Assembly (NCBI GenBank): GCA_016933575.1
Contig: JAFGAR010000088.1
Span: 203,764-267,763 of the forward strand
From: Candidatus Thorarchaeota archaeon
GTDB taxonomy: Archaea; Asgardarchaeota; Thorarchaeia; Thorarchaeales; Thorarchaeaceae
DNA length: 64,000 nt
Reading direction: 5' to 3'
Part shown: positions 1 through 9,906 of the stretch, in pieces
Position numbering within the stretch: position 1 is the stretch's first letter
How the letters are laid out: each line of letters starts with the position of its first letter
Program-made: the position numbers and the translations under genes
The notes under the pieces: generated by a model
The model's input: only the letters and a program-made list of their open reading frames with translations
What the model was told of the DNA's origin: nothing
Database searches by the model: none

Positions 1-705
1 TGTTGTTTGTAACAGCCCTGTTACTTTCACAAGATCACCAGGTCGTGATATATCAACAATATCGCCTTCCAGAATAATATCAACTGATCGCGGCATTTGA
101 CCAGGAGGTAGTTCATCAGGAGATTCTTGAATTCTTACTTTTTGCCAATCTCTAAATTGAGACTCATGAGGAAGCAGTCTCATCGGTGTTTTTTTATCGC
201 AGAGTGGGCAACGAGCAGGTTCTGTATACCTTCCTTCTTCTTGCGTCTGAGGAATCTTCTCATCACAGATACGACACTGAAACATAGCCTGTACTAGAAG
301 GGGTTTTACTTCACTAGCCCGCATCATAATCCCACTCACATGTACAAGTTTTCCAATGTGTTTTGAGCGAATAGCACGAAGTGCTACATGGTCGCTATAG
401 TTCGTAATTCTTGCTTTGATGGTTGTTATGTCGATACTGTTAACGTAATCGGGATCTTCTATCCTGAGAACAGAAACGAGTGCCTCATTGACTGTGTCAA
501 TGAATTTCTGAGGATTCTCAGTTGCTAGAGCTAAGAACAAATTATCAAAACTGATTAAATCTTGGAAATCAATAGACAATGAAACTTCATCATTGATAGA
601 CATTTGTTGAACCCGGGTCCAATATGCCAGAGCTCCTTGTTCATCCTTATAGGTTCTGAGAAATTCCTCAAATCGCTCTTGTGATTCATCATAGCTGGAC
701 ATCAT
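1..705 (-). CDS. mcm: MCM replicative helicase, N-terminal part (runs off window start)
   Basis: Manual translation MMSSYDESQERFEEFLR...IGKLVHVSGIMMRASEVKP...FQCRICD...CPLCD...DWQKVRIQESPDELPPGQMPRSVDIILEGDIVD..PGD matches MCM N-domain, Zn finger and OB fold. Confidence 0.96.
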   Translation of the reverse strand, partial: MMSSYDESQERFEEFLRTYKDEQGALAYWTRVQQMSINDEVSLSIDFQDLISFDNLFLALATENPQKFIDTVNEALVSVLRIEDPDYVNSIDITTIKARITNYSDHVALRAIRSKHIGKLVHVSGIMMRASEVKPLLVQAMFQCRICDEKIPQTQEEGRYTEPARCPLCDKKTPMRLLPHESQFRDWQKVRIQESPDELPPGQMPRSVDIILEGDIVDISRPGDLVKVTGLLQTT

Positions 706-799
706 AATCATCCTCGATATTTATACAAAGACACTCGTACATCTGCATTCAGATTCCTGTTCTTGAGGGTTTGTATTTAAGGGCACTAATACTCACAGC

Positions 800-1357
800 C
801 TATTCTGACATATTTTGGCGCCAACTAGAGAATAATTCAATTAGTTCTTCACATAACCAACGTTCATGAAGGGCCATTTGCTGCTTCTTCTCAGTATATG
901 CATTGGATTTAGCTACTCGAAGTATCTTTGAAAGTCGTGTTTCGATTAATGATGGAGGAATTTTCAATAAATCTTCAACTGCTTCATATTCTCGAGGGTC
1001 TGTTGATGTCATATCGCTTTGCAACCGCAATATCTTACGATTCATTGCTGTGTAGAGAAATGGATGAAATGTCTGGAGCACATGAGGTTTTTTCTCTTCT
1101 TCGCGGGATAAATTTTGGAGTCTTCGTAAGGACTCGTATGCTGCTTCTGGAGCGACTTCGGCGTATTTTAGTTTGATTAGCTGCTCTATAATCCAGTTCG
1201 GTAGTTCAGCCCTATCGCCTTTCTTGTATGAACCTATCCTTATACCAGCTACTGGAGTTTCAGGTATATCTTTCAAAAAGATACACTCCCGGATTTCGTT
1301 AAGGAAAAGCATCTCAAATCTCTTCATGGCTTCTTTTGAATCAGTGCAAATTCTCAT
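800..1357 (-). CDS. GINS complex subunit (Gins23/Psf2-Psf3 type); true start may be 1327
   Basis: N-terminal B-domain motif IGSYKKGDRAELPNWIIEQL followed by a helical A-domain (RLSKILRVA); directly upstream of mcm on the same strand. Confidence 0.75.
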   Translation of the reverse strand: MRICTDSKEAMKRFEMLFLNEIRECIFLKDIPETPVAGIRIGSYKKGDRAELPNWIIEQLIKLKYAEVAPEAAYESLRRLQNLSREEEKKPHVLQTFHPFLYTAMNRKILRLQSDMTSTDPREYEAVEDLLKIPPSLIETRLSKILRVAKSNAYTEKKQQMALHERWLCEELIELFSSWRQNMSE

Positions 1358-1457
1358 GGCTGTACATGTTATCCTATCTTTATCGAGATAAAGGCCTTGC
1401 TCTACAAACCTGAGTAATAGGGATTAATTACGGTAGTTAATTCATAGAAAATGGTGA

Positions 1458-1475
1458 CTCCAGAGTTTTCTGGAG
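1458..1475. promoter_or_regulatory. Palindrome CTCCAGA-GTTT-TCTGGAG in the divergent gins/mcm - rfc promoter region
   Basis: 7-bp perfect inverted arms; TCCA/TGGA core resembles a mini-ORB. Confidence 0.4.
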
Positions 1476-1546
1476 AATCTTTTAAGAGGTTAATAATGCC
1501 TGTTCGAAGTAACTGATGGATTATTACAAAATGGTGGGAAGCCCTG

Positions 1547-2509
1547 ATGGATTTAGACTTGTGGACTGAGAAATATCGACCTCCTACTCTAAAAGAAATC
1601 CTTGGTCAACAGCCAATAATTGAGAGTTTAATGAAATTTGTAGAAAGCAAAGCAGTACCTCATTGCCTCTTCACAGGTCCGCCTGGTACGAGTAAAACTA
1701 CGGCTGCTACTGCAATGGCAAAAGATCTGTTTGGAGCAAGCCATGAACGTAATTTCATGGAACTCAATGCTAGTGATGAGAGAGGAATTGATGTTGTCAG
1801 AAATCAGATTAAGAATTTTGCACGGACCATGCCCTCTGGAGATGCACCATTCAAGATACTTGTATTGGATGAAGCAGATCATTTGACTGCTGATGCACAA
1901 CATGCCCTACGGAGAACTATGGAGTCTTATGCTCAATCTTGCAGAATGGTTCTAATTTGCAATTATTCAAGTCGAATAATCCCGCCAATTCAATCAAGGT
2001 GTGCAATTTTCCGCTTTTCACGATTGGATGATGATGAAATATCTTCGCGTTTAGAATATATAGCAAAACAAGAAAAATTAAAGCTCGATTCAAATGGAAC
2101 TAAAGCCATTCTTTATCTTACAGAGGGCGATATGAGAGCCGCTATAAACTTGCTTCAGGCTGCATCATCAACAGGTCAAGTAATCACAGAGAAGATTGTT
2201 TATGCAATTTCCGGTAGAGCAAGCCCCGAAACAATAAAGACAATGCTTGCTCATGCTCACGAGAGAAAATATACTGATTCTCTTCAATTGCTCAAATCTT
2301 TACTACATCATGAGGGTATATCGCCAAATGATTTAGTCAAACAAATACATAAAGAGGTTCAATCATTGAATCTATCTAATCGACAACAGATGAATGTCTT
2401 AGAACAAATAGCTGAAGTCGAGTTTAGAATTGGTGAAGGTGCTAATGGAGAAATCCAGCTAGGTGCATTGTTGGCATATATAGGGTCGGGCAGTGATACC
2501 AGTGAATGA
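1547..2509 (+). CDS. rfcS: Replication factor C small subunit
   Basis: WTEKYRP, GPPGTSKTT, ELNASDERGIDVVR, LDEAD, IQSRC. Confidence 0.97.
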   Translation: MDLDLWTEKYRPPTLKEILGQQPIIESLMKFVESKAVPHCLFTGPPGTSKTTAATAMAKDLFGASHERNFMELNASDERGIDVVRNQIKNFARTMPSGDAPFKILVLDEADHLTADAQHALRRTMESYAQSCRMVLICNYSSRIIPPIQSRCAIFRFSRLDDDEISSRLEYIAKQEKLKLDSNGTKAILYLTEGDMRAAINLLQAASSTGQVITEKIVYAISGRASPETIKTMLAHAHERKYTDSLQLLKSLLHHEGISPNDLVKQIHKEVQSLNLSNRQQMNVLEQIAEVEFRIGEGANGEIQLGALLAYIGSGSDTSE

Positions 2510-3722
2510 AGATAGTCTTCCTTGGCCTGAAAAACACAGACCAACCAGTCTAAAGTTCATCGTAGGTAACTCGGACACAATAGATATGTTAAAGAAATGG
2601 GTCCTATCTTGGAATAAAGGAGTTCCTGATAAACGGGCTGTTCTGTTAATCGGACCTCCTGGTACTGGGAAGACTGCGACTATTGGAGCTCTGTCACATG
2701 ATTTGAATATGGAACTGGTTGAATTCAACTCAAGTGATAAACGGAATAAGGATAGTATTGAAACACTTGTTTGGAGAGCTGCTTCGCAGCAGACACTTGA
2801 TGGTCGGTCTCGAATTATACTTTTAGACGAAGTAGATGGTCTTTCAGGAACAAGTGATAGAGGCGGAGTTGGTGCAATACAGAAAATCATCAAAGAAACG
2901 GTACATCCCATAATGATGACAGCTAATGACCCAGAGAGTCCTCGATTGAAGGACTTGTTCAAAATTTGTCAAGTCTTTACTTTTGAGCCAATTGATATCA
3001 ATGAGATTATACAGGTACTAACAAAAATAGTCAGACTTAACAAAGCTGAAGTTTCTGAAGATGTTATCAACCAAATTGCAGAGAATTCTGCAGGAGACCT
3101 TCGTGCAGCAATATCCGATTTGGAAACATATGTGAAACGTGGTGTAGTATCAGAATCTATCGAATCAGTAACAAGAGATGTAAGACGCGGAACAGAAGAA
3201 ACCCTTAGTAGACTTTTCATGACCAATGACTCAGGTTTCGCTCGAAGAGTGCTGTCTGAGTCCGAATTGGATCATGATATGCTAGTTCTATGGTTAGAAG
3301 AGAATCTGCATCTTCATCTTCTTTCTCCAAAGGAATTGGATCAGGGATTTGAAGCACTATCACTTGCTGATTTGACCTTGGGGAGAATCATGCTAAATCA
3401 GAATTGGAAGCTTCTTTCTTACCTGTATGATTTTATTGCATTAGGTGTCATAGGAAGTAGGACTGAAACACCTTATAGAAAGATTAGTTATTCAAGACCG
3501 ACATGGCCTCTTCTTGTTTGGCAAGGAAACAAATCGCGAGATAAACGATCAGATATTCTTTCAGCACTAGCAAGTCTGACAGGTGTTTCTAAACGGAGAG
3601 TAATGCAAACCCATTTCGATACTATTACCGAGATAATTGGTATCAGACCTGGATTAATCAAAGACTATGCAAGTTGGTTGAATGTTGAGAAAACATCATT
3701 GAAGAAGCAAAGTAATCGGTAA
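2493..3722 (+). CDS. rfcL: Replication factor C large subunit
   Basis: WPEKHRP, GPPGTGKT, EFNSSDKR, LLDEVDG, GDLRAAI; follows rfcS. Confidence 0.93.
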   Translation: MIPVNEDSLPWPEKHRPTSLKFIVGNSDTIDMLKKWVLSWNKGVPDKRAVLLIGPPGTGKTATIGALSHDLNMELVEFNSSDKRNKDSIETLVWRAASQQTLDGRSRIILLDEVDGLSGTSDRGGVGAIQKIIKETVHPIMMTANDPESPRLKDLFKICQVFTFEPIDINEIIQVLTKIVRLNKAEVSEDVINQIAENSAGDLRAAISDLETYVKRGVVSESIESVTRDVRRGTEETLSRLFMTNDSGFARRVLSESELDHDMLVLWLEENLHLHLLSPKELDQGFEALSLADLTLGRIMLNQNWKLLSYLYDFIALGVIGSRTETPYRKISYSRPTWPLLVWQGNKSRDKRSDILSALASLTGVSKRRVMQTHFDTITEIIGIRPGLIKDYASWLNVEKTSLKKQSNR

Positions 3723-4515
3723 TACCAGACAGAGTTAGACTTGATCTTCTAAGAAAGTCTTGTCGGGTACTTAGGTATTTGTGGATTCTTCTCAATGCAT
3801 ATTTACTGGATATTAACCGTAGGGGAACAATAGTTTCTACTAATACGAGATTTTCAGGTGGTGCAGGTTCAATTCCACCACGAAAAGTTCTGTGACTGCC
3901 TTTTAGTACTTCTAAAACTACATCAGGTTTTTTCTTGCCTTGACCAATCTCAGTCAACAGTGTTACAACTTTTCTTACAAATTTCCAGAGAAAGCTCGTT
4001 CCAAAAACATCCAAGAAAAAAACTCCAGAAAACTCTGCAACTGCCATGTTGAGTACAGTAGTGACAGTATTTCGCCTTTCGTCAGGTTTTGATAAGAATT
4101 GAAAGTCATTAGAGCCAAGTAGTAAATGAATCGCTTTTCTTATGTTTTTCAGGTCGATTGTCTTCCAAGAGTCATCAAGAAAGTACCTGTAATGGCGCAT
4201 CAATACACTTGAACGAGGTTTAAAGTCTTCAGGGGCTATTATCTTAGCCCATAGTACAATATCTTCAGGAAGATGTTTGTTAATTCCTTCAATACTGATT
4301 TTCCTATCAGTAGTTATTAGAGCTAACTGACCAAGGCTATGAACACCACGATCAGTTCTTCCGGATAAATGAACGGTTTGAGGTGAGTGTGATTCTCCAC
4401 TCCATTTTGAAATAGCTCTAATTAGCTCGCCTTGAACTGTTCTCAAACCAGGTTGATGTTGTGAACCGTGATAGTGGTCTCCGAGGTAGAACAGACGTGC
4501 CAAGTAATCTGGCAT
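3658..4515 (-). CDS. truA: tRNA pseudouridine(38-40) synthase
   Basis: YLGDHYHGSQ.QP, SGRTDRGVHS, R.YRY, SFLWKFVRK. Confidence 0.93.
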   Translation of the reverse strand: MPDYLARLFYLGDHYHGSQHQPGLRTVQGELIRAISKWSGESHSPQTVHLSGRTDRGVHSLGQLALITTDRKISIEGINKHLPEDIVLWAKIIAPEDFKPRSSVLMRHYRYFLDDSWKTIDLKNIRKAIHLLLGSNDFQFLSKPDERRNTVTTVLNMAVAEFSGVFFLDVFGTSFLWKFVRKVVTLLTEIGQGKKKPDVVLEVLKGSHRTFRGGIEPAPPENLVLVETIVPLRLISSKYALRRIHKYLSTRQDFLRRSSLTLSGITDYFASSMMFSQHSTNLHSL

Positions 4516-4531
4516 TCAACAATTTCACTCC

Positions 4532-4816
4532 TTATGATTCCCAAAGATCAAAGAAATTTCGTAATGAACGTGCTCGTAGGTCTTCAATCTTGTAGCGATA
4601 GATCTTAATCCTGCCAAACTTCTTTTCTTCAATTAATCCAGAGCTCATCAATACTTCTAGATGTGACTTTGTAGAACTATGATTTAACTCCACTCTTCTA
4701 CAGAGCTCGGAGATATTTAGTTCAGTGGCTTTTGCTAGTTCTTTCAAAATCTTAATTCTCCCTCTAGAGGAAAAAAGATCTTCAATGGCAACCTTTGGAA
4801 ACTTCTCAGTTTTCAA
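4532..4816 (-). CDS. ArsR-like winged-helix protein downstream of cdc6
   Basis: RIKILKEL..ELNISELCRRVELNHSSTKSHLEVL..SGLIEEKKFGRIKIY. Confidence 0.8.
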   Translation of the reverse strand: MKTEKFPKVAIEDLFSSRGRIKILKELAKATELNISELCRRVELNHSSTKSHLEVLMSSGLIEEKKFGRIKIYRYKIEDLRARSLRNFFDLWES

Positions 4817-4823
4817 TAGTATT

Positions 4824-6029
4824 TCACAGCTCCTGTGAATCTAGTATAGTTGTAATGTAGCTCTCCAACATTTCAGCAGGAACTTCAGAAAGCCCAATTA
4901 GTGTTGTTTGTCCACGTTGACCACTGCCTGATCGTTTTGTATCAATAATTCCGTGAGCATTAAGATCTTGAATCCATTCCCAAATTTGAGTGTGGGCTCT
5001 AGGTTCTTCATTATACTCCTCGCATGAGGAACGGTACATGTCTTCAACTTCACCCATGGTGACATAGGCGCTGCGAGTTTCTTTTAGTTGACGAGCTGTA
5101 GCTAAAAGAAGTAGCTTATGTTGTGGGGAGAGAGTACTGAATATTTCTTTTCGTAATTCAGGATGCGTATCTGCCTTTGCTTGTCGTGCATAGTCAGGAA
5201 CTACAATATCGGTTTGATCATTATCAGCTTGTTTTCCAGCACGCCAAAGTAATTCTATAGCATATCTTGCATCTCCACGTTCTGCTGCAATGTCTGCGAT
5301 TACATGTATGGTTTCGTCCATTACTGAGCTTTTCTCAAATGCCATTTCAACGCGGTTTCGGAGTATATCATATAATGCATCTCTATCATATCTTGAAAAA
5401 CGTAGAATGTTTCGTTGAAGTGTACTAAGTGTGCTCGAGTCAAGAATATCTTCATCAAGTGGGATTTTACGACCGATTCCAATCATCGAAACACGCTGAC
5501 GAGCATTGAGTTGATCGTCTGTGAGTCGGGTCAAATCATATAGAATATCAGCCCCTCTCTGTCTGATGAAATAATCAAGTTCATCAAGAATGAGAAGTAA
5601 ATATCTATCTTCTTCATCGAGAACCTCAACTAACATCTGTAGGAGTTCTTCTGGTGAGTGACCACGACGAGGAAATTCTGGCTTGAATTCTCTAAGGGCT
5701 CGAAGAAAGACAAGATAGGCTGTCTTATTTACACGACAATTGATGTGAATATTATGGAGATTGATGTTTCGGCGTTCAGCTGCTTGGACCATCTGTTCAG
5801 CAAATCTCTTTGCAACAGCAGTCTTTCCAGTTCCAACTGGACCTTCAATGATGAATTTATGACTGGTTCGCCCTGGAGAGTTAATCAATGTCTTAAAATT
5901 CTGTGCAAGAGTTCTAAGCTCAGATTGACGGTGAGGAAGGCTCTCAGGTACATAGTCGATTGATAGGAACTGCTCAGATTTGAAAACACTGCGTTTGCTT
6001 AGTTCATCCTCAATATAATCATGCACCAT
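4824..6029 (-). CDS. cdc6: Orc1/Cdc6 replication initiator
   Basis: YVPESLPHR, GPVGTGKT, INC, LILDELD, GDARYAI, C-terminal winged helix. Confidence 0.97.
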   Translation of the reverse strand: MVHDYIEDELSKRSVFKSEQFLSIDYVPESLPHRQSELRTLAQNFKTLINSPGRTSHKFIIEGPVGTGKTAVAKRFAEQMVQAAERRNINLHNIHINCRVNKTAYLVFLRALREFKPEFPRRGHSPEELLQMLVEVLDEEDRYLLLILDELDYFIRQRGADILYDLTRLTDDQLNARQRVSMIGIGRKIPLDEDILDSSTLSTLQRNILRFSRYDRDALYDILRNRVEMAFEKSSVMDETIHVIADIAAERGDARYAIELLWRAGKQADNDQTDIVVPDYARQAKADTHPELRKEIFSTLSPQHKLLLLATARQLKETRSAYVTMGEVEDMYRSSCEEYNEEPRAHTQIWEWIQDLNAHGIIDTKRSGSGQRGQTTLIGLSEVPAEMLESYITTILDSQEL

Positions 6030-6238
6030 AACAGACCAATGTAATTTTTATCAGAACCACCTTAAAAGCATTTGCGGATTGTACGATTAAAAGTACATTA
6101 TGAGGGGAGGTTGCCGAAAGTATTGGCGAGCTCCTAACTCAAGATCCATATCATTGTCATAAAGACTCATCGGGGTCATAGCAATCATCACTCGCCAAAT
6201 GATTAGAGGATAGTTCCCCCATAAACTTGACGACAAAA

Positions 6239-6313
6239 TGGTGCGACCGCCGGGATTTGAACCCGGGTCACAGGCTTGGGAAGCCTGCATCTTAACCCCT
6301 AGACAACGGTCGC
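6239..6313 (-). tRNA. tRNA-Gly(CCC), no intron, CCA encoded
   Basis: GCGACCG...CAGGC-TT-CCC-AA-GCCTG...GGTTCAAATCC-CGGCGGTCGC-ACCA. Confidence 0.95.
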
Positions 6314-6430
6314 TGTGCAAATCACTCAGACTGTGGTTGATAAAAGACTATCGGCAAATGCTATTCGAATTTGTCCTAAGAATATGCTTATCTGACTCCT
6401 GTAGTCAAAATGGACTCGAGAGATACGAAT

Positions 6431-7561
6431 ATGGCTCCAAATATACGTACTAATTTCTGGCAGGGAAACCAAGCTTGTGCAGAAGCAGCAATAGCTGCAG
6501 GCTGTAGATTCTTTGCAGGTTATCCAATAACACCGGCTTCTGAGATTGCAGAAATTATGTCCCTTAGACTGCCCAAAGTAAATGGTGTATATATTCAGAT
6601 GGAAGATGAAATAGCTGCTATTTCTGCTATAATTGGAGCATCTTGGGGTGGTATAATGACAATGACTGCTACTTCGGGTCCTGGTTTTAGTCTCATGCAA
6701 GAAAATCTTGGTTATGCAATAATGACTGAAACTCCATGTGTCATTGTTGATGTACAAAGAGGTGGACCTAGCACTGGTCAGGCAACAAAAGCTGCGCAGG
6801 GAGATGTTATGCAAGCAAGATGGGGCACTCATGGAGACCATGAGATGATTGCATTAGTTCCCAATTCACCTCAGGAAACATACGAACTTACAATTAAAGC
6901 ATTCAAACTCTCTGAAGAACTTAGACATCCTGTCATTCTTTTATCCGATGAAATTGTAGCACACTCCAGAGAAAGAGTAGTGGTTGATGTACCATCAAAA
7001 CCTTTGGTTAAAAGAAGATTTACAAGAAAAGATCAGCCACCCTTTGGAGGTGTTGATGATGATGGACATGCATTAATGCCAAAATTTGGTGATGGACATA
7101 ATCTGTTGGTAACAGGTTCAACTCATGATAATGATGGATTAAGAAAAACTTCAGAGTCTGAAGCACATGATAAACTTGTTCGGCGGCTCAATCAAAAAAT
7201 TTGTGATGCACAAAATCTCTTAGAGGATGTTGTAATATCTGGTCCAGAAACTGCTGAATGGGGAATTATTTCTTATGGATCAACTTCAAGATCTGTCGAT
7301 GAATTAATGATTACCAATACTTCTGGTCTAACAATTAAGTCAATGAGACTGAGAACAGTATGGCCTTTTCCAGATGAATTTGTCAAAGAGTTTAGCTGTA
7401 CTGTGGATAAGTTGCTTGTACCAGAATTAAACCTTGGACAATTGTCAAGAGAAGTTACACGTGTAGTACGAAAAGGAGTTGATGTCGTTTCTTTGAACAA
7501 GATTGGGGGAGGACGTATGATAGAGCCACATGAATTATTGGATAAAATGAAGCAGTCATAA
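6431..7561 (+). CDS. korA: 2-oxoacid:ferredoxin oxidoreductase alpha subunit (no beta subunit adjacent)
   Basis: GNQACAEAA, FFAGYPITPASE, QMEDEIAA, TATSGPGFSLMQE, VQRGGPSTG. Confidence 0.9.
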   Translation: MAPNIRTNFWQGNQACAEAAIAAGCRFFAGYPITPASEIAEIMSLRLPKVNGVYIQMEDEIAAISAIIGASWGGIMTMTATSGPGFSLMQENLGYAIMTETPCVIVDVQRGGPSTGQATKAAQGDVMQARWGTHGDHEMIALVPNSPQETYELTIKAFKLSEELRHPVILLSDEIVAHSRERVVVDVPSKPLVKRRFTRKDQPPFGGVDDDGHALMPKFGDGHNLLVTGSTHDNDGLRKTSESEAHDKLVRRLNQKICDAQNLLEDVVISGPETAEWGIISYGSTSRSVDELMITNTSGLTIKSMRLRTVWPFPDEFVKEFSCTVDKLLVPELNLGQLSREVTRVVRKGVDVVSLNKIGGGRMIEPHELLDKMKQS

Positions 7562-9264
7562 TATGATGGTGTTTCTTGTGGAGAGATATTCTCAGGCAGT
7601 TCTTCACCAGTACTTGATTCAATGATTATGTTAGATAATGTTGTTCTCATCCATATTGTTACGTTAATTGATTCGATGGATGATAAAAAGTATGATGCCG
7701 CTGTTTCAAAGTGGATTTTGTGTATACCTGGAACTAGCCAATAGGGTAGCTGTATGGATATCATTTGTGTCGAATTGAGATTTTCAATAGTTGCAAAGGG
7801 GAAGAGTTCATCAAAATAATACAGAGATAGTTTAACAATCTCCACGGAATTGTTGTTTTGGTCATACGCGTTCAAGTCGATTTGTATAGATTCGCCATAA
7901 TATATGGTGTCAATTGAAAAGTTAACATTTAGTTCACCAATAATGAACAATTGAAACTCTGGGGATTCAGTTGAGAAATTATAGTACTCACTTTTGCTTT
8001 TTATTTGAATTAGATGAGGTCCAACTGATAGATTGTGCCAAGCTTCTATTTTTTGAAAAGTTATAGAATCTGGAAAAACATCAAAAAGGAGTTCAATTTC
8101 GCCTAAATTGTCAGATAATTCTAATGGAATAGATTGGTTCCAAGTAAAAGTTTCACTAATTATAAATTCAATCGTTACATTACTACCTATGATAACAGAC
8201 CAGTTGCTCTGTGTTGGATAGAACTGCAGTATGTTTTTAAAAACAGAAACAATAACGGTTTCCGTCGCTGTTTGGAATTGAGAATTGATAGCGGTAATGT
8301 TGATTTGATAAGAACCAGGACCTGTTTGAAAAGGGATTACAACTTCATACTCGCCACTACTTTTGTCTGTAAATAGTCCATTACCAAAACTAGAATTCCA
8401 AAAAATTGTACTACCTATTATAGCTGTATGATCTTCAGTTTCGTGATATAGTGAGATATTGGCATATTCAAAGTCACTCCCATCGGGTGACTGACTTAGG
8501 ATAGAGTCAGGTTTTTGGTCAATTACAATATTAGAAGCCGCAGGGACGACAGAGATTGTTAGTTCTTTTGAGAATGAGAGAAAATCGTTGTTGCCGAACC
8601 CTGTAATTATTAAATCATAAATACCTGGCTCGCTCAAAGAGCCATTCCAATATAGATTGAAAGTGCCTTCAGAATTGGTTGTTTTATTTTCATTGATAAT
8701 GGTTTCAAAGCTGGGATTAACGACTTGAATATTGACAAGTTCATTATTGTAAGTTATATTTTCGTTATGTATACTCTCAACATTCAAAGTAAAAGTAGTA
8801 CTATTGCCAGATACTGCAGTTAACGGTGTTTCTGGTGTCACCGTAAGATGACCTCGCATTATTGTTACTATAACACTGTCACCAGCTCCTTGAGACACTG
8901 TGTCGAATATTTCCACATTGAATAGTACAAAAGCTTGAGTTCCGTTTATACCGGGATTGGTATGTTCTGGGAGAATTGAGTACGAGGAGTTCACAAAACG
9001 TTCATTTGGTGATGGTGGGATAAAGAACTCGTCTGCAAAAGCAGGGCCAAGATCGGTTACTACTGCAAAGGAAACATAGCACCATCCCTCGACTCCGAAA
9101 TCAGCAATTATCTTGGAAACCATGTCAATCGTTTCCCCTACTTCATAGACCAGTTTATCGGTTTCAAAATATTGAAAATCAAAATAGAATGCTGATGCAG
9201 GAATTACCAAACTAAATACGACTATGAAAGATAGTGATATTTTTATCAAAGTCTTCTTTTGCAC
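7273..9264 (-). CDS. Secreted beta-rich (Ig-like repeat) surface protein
   Basis: N-terminal signal peptide; Thr/Asn/Ser-rich beta repeats (ETDKLVYEVGE, TNSEGTF, PGIYDLIITG); 3' end overlaps korA antisense. Confidence 0.7.
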   Translation of the reverse strand: MQKKTLIKISLSFIVVFSLVIPASAFYFDFQYFETDKLVYEVGETIDMVSKIIADFGVEGWCYVSFAVVTDLGPAFADEFFIPPSPNERFVNSSYSILPEHTNPGINGTQAFVLFNVEIFDTVSQGAGDSVIVTIMRGHLTVTPETPLTAVSGNSTTFTLNVESIHNENITYNNELVNIQVVNPSFETIINENKTTNSEGTFNLYWNGSLSEPGIYDLIITGFGNNDFLSFSKELTISVVPAASNIVIDQKPDSILSQSPDGSDFEYANISLYHETEDHTAIIGSTIFWNSSFGNGLFTDKSSGEYEVVIPFQTGPGSYQINITAINSQFQTATETVIVSVFKNILQFYPTQSNWSVIIGSNVTIEFIISETFTWNQSIPLELSDNLGEIELLFDVFPDSITFQKIEAWHNLSVGPHLIQIKSKSEYYNFSTESPEFQLFIIGELNVNFSIDTIYYGESIQIDLNAYDQNNNSVEIVKLSLYYFDELFPFATIENLNSTQMISIQLPYWLVPGIHKIHFETAASYFLSSIESINVTIWMRTTLSNIIIESSTGEELPENISPQETPSYYDCFILSNNSCGSIIRPPPILFKETTSTPFRTTRVTSLDNCPRFNSGTSNLSTVQLNSLTNSSGKGHTVLSLIDLIVRPEVLVIINSSTDLEVDP

Positions 9265-9387
9265 TAGCTAGCACCAGTAAACAGTCTTGATTTTCCCTAA
9301 AAAGGACCACATGGAAATAACGACAGGTTTAATTCAAGACCAAACCAGCCTTTTGATAGTGCCTCCAAGATTATGGAGTAAATTTAC

Positions 9388-9753
9388 ATGGTAATCCGAC
9401 TCAAAGATGCAATTATTGATTCTGTTGATGACACAGAAACTAGAAGACTGAGATTGTTGAAAATATCATCAAAAAGTGATGGTGCAGCACTTACTCTTGA
9501 ACTACCAGAAGCGCTCTGTGGTGCATTAAATACAAGTGATGTAGTCGATATTGTTGTTGATTCAAAACCAATTCCTAAAAGTGACGCTTCTAAGTTATAT
9601 ATTGAAGGCACAGTGTTCAAGAAATCTGATAAGAAGGGACTAGAGGTAATTGGTTCGATTGGTGGTCTTCGTTTTGTGATTAATATTGCAAAGGCAACAC
9701 CAAGCCAGATTAGTACGTTTGATACGGAAAAATTCTATCTGACGATTAAATAG
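9388..9753 (+). CDS. rpo8: RNA polymerase subunit Rpo8 (RpoG/RPB8-like OB fold)
   Basis: YIEGTVFK...SIGGLRFVI...FYLTIK parallels RPB8 YVMYGKVYR...SYGGLLMRL...VYLLMK; size fits. Confidence 0.75.
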   Translation: MVIRLKDAIIDSVDDTETRRLRLLKISSKSDGAALTLELPEALCGALNTSDVVDIVVDSKPIPKSDASKLYIEGTVFKKSDKKGLEVIGSIGGLRFVINIAKATPSQISTFDTEKFYLTIK

Positions 9754-9906
9754 ATCTGGCAAAAAGGCCCAAGAATACTTTCGGGCACCTCTATCTGACT
9801 GGGCTTTTTGTGTCTATAGTGTGGAGTTTGTTGTTCATTCAAGTGAATATCTGACAAGCACTAATGAACAAAGACCTTCTGAAATCCAGTTAGGGAAACG
9901 TGTTCG

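Noticed and set aside
6030-6238. oriC immediately upstream of cdc6
   Set aside because: No TTCCA-N3-GAAA plus G-string ORB seen here, only an isolated GAGGGG
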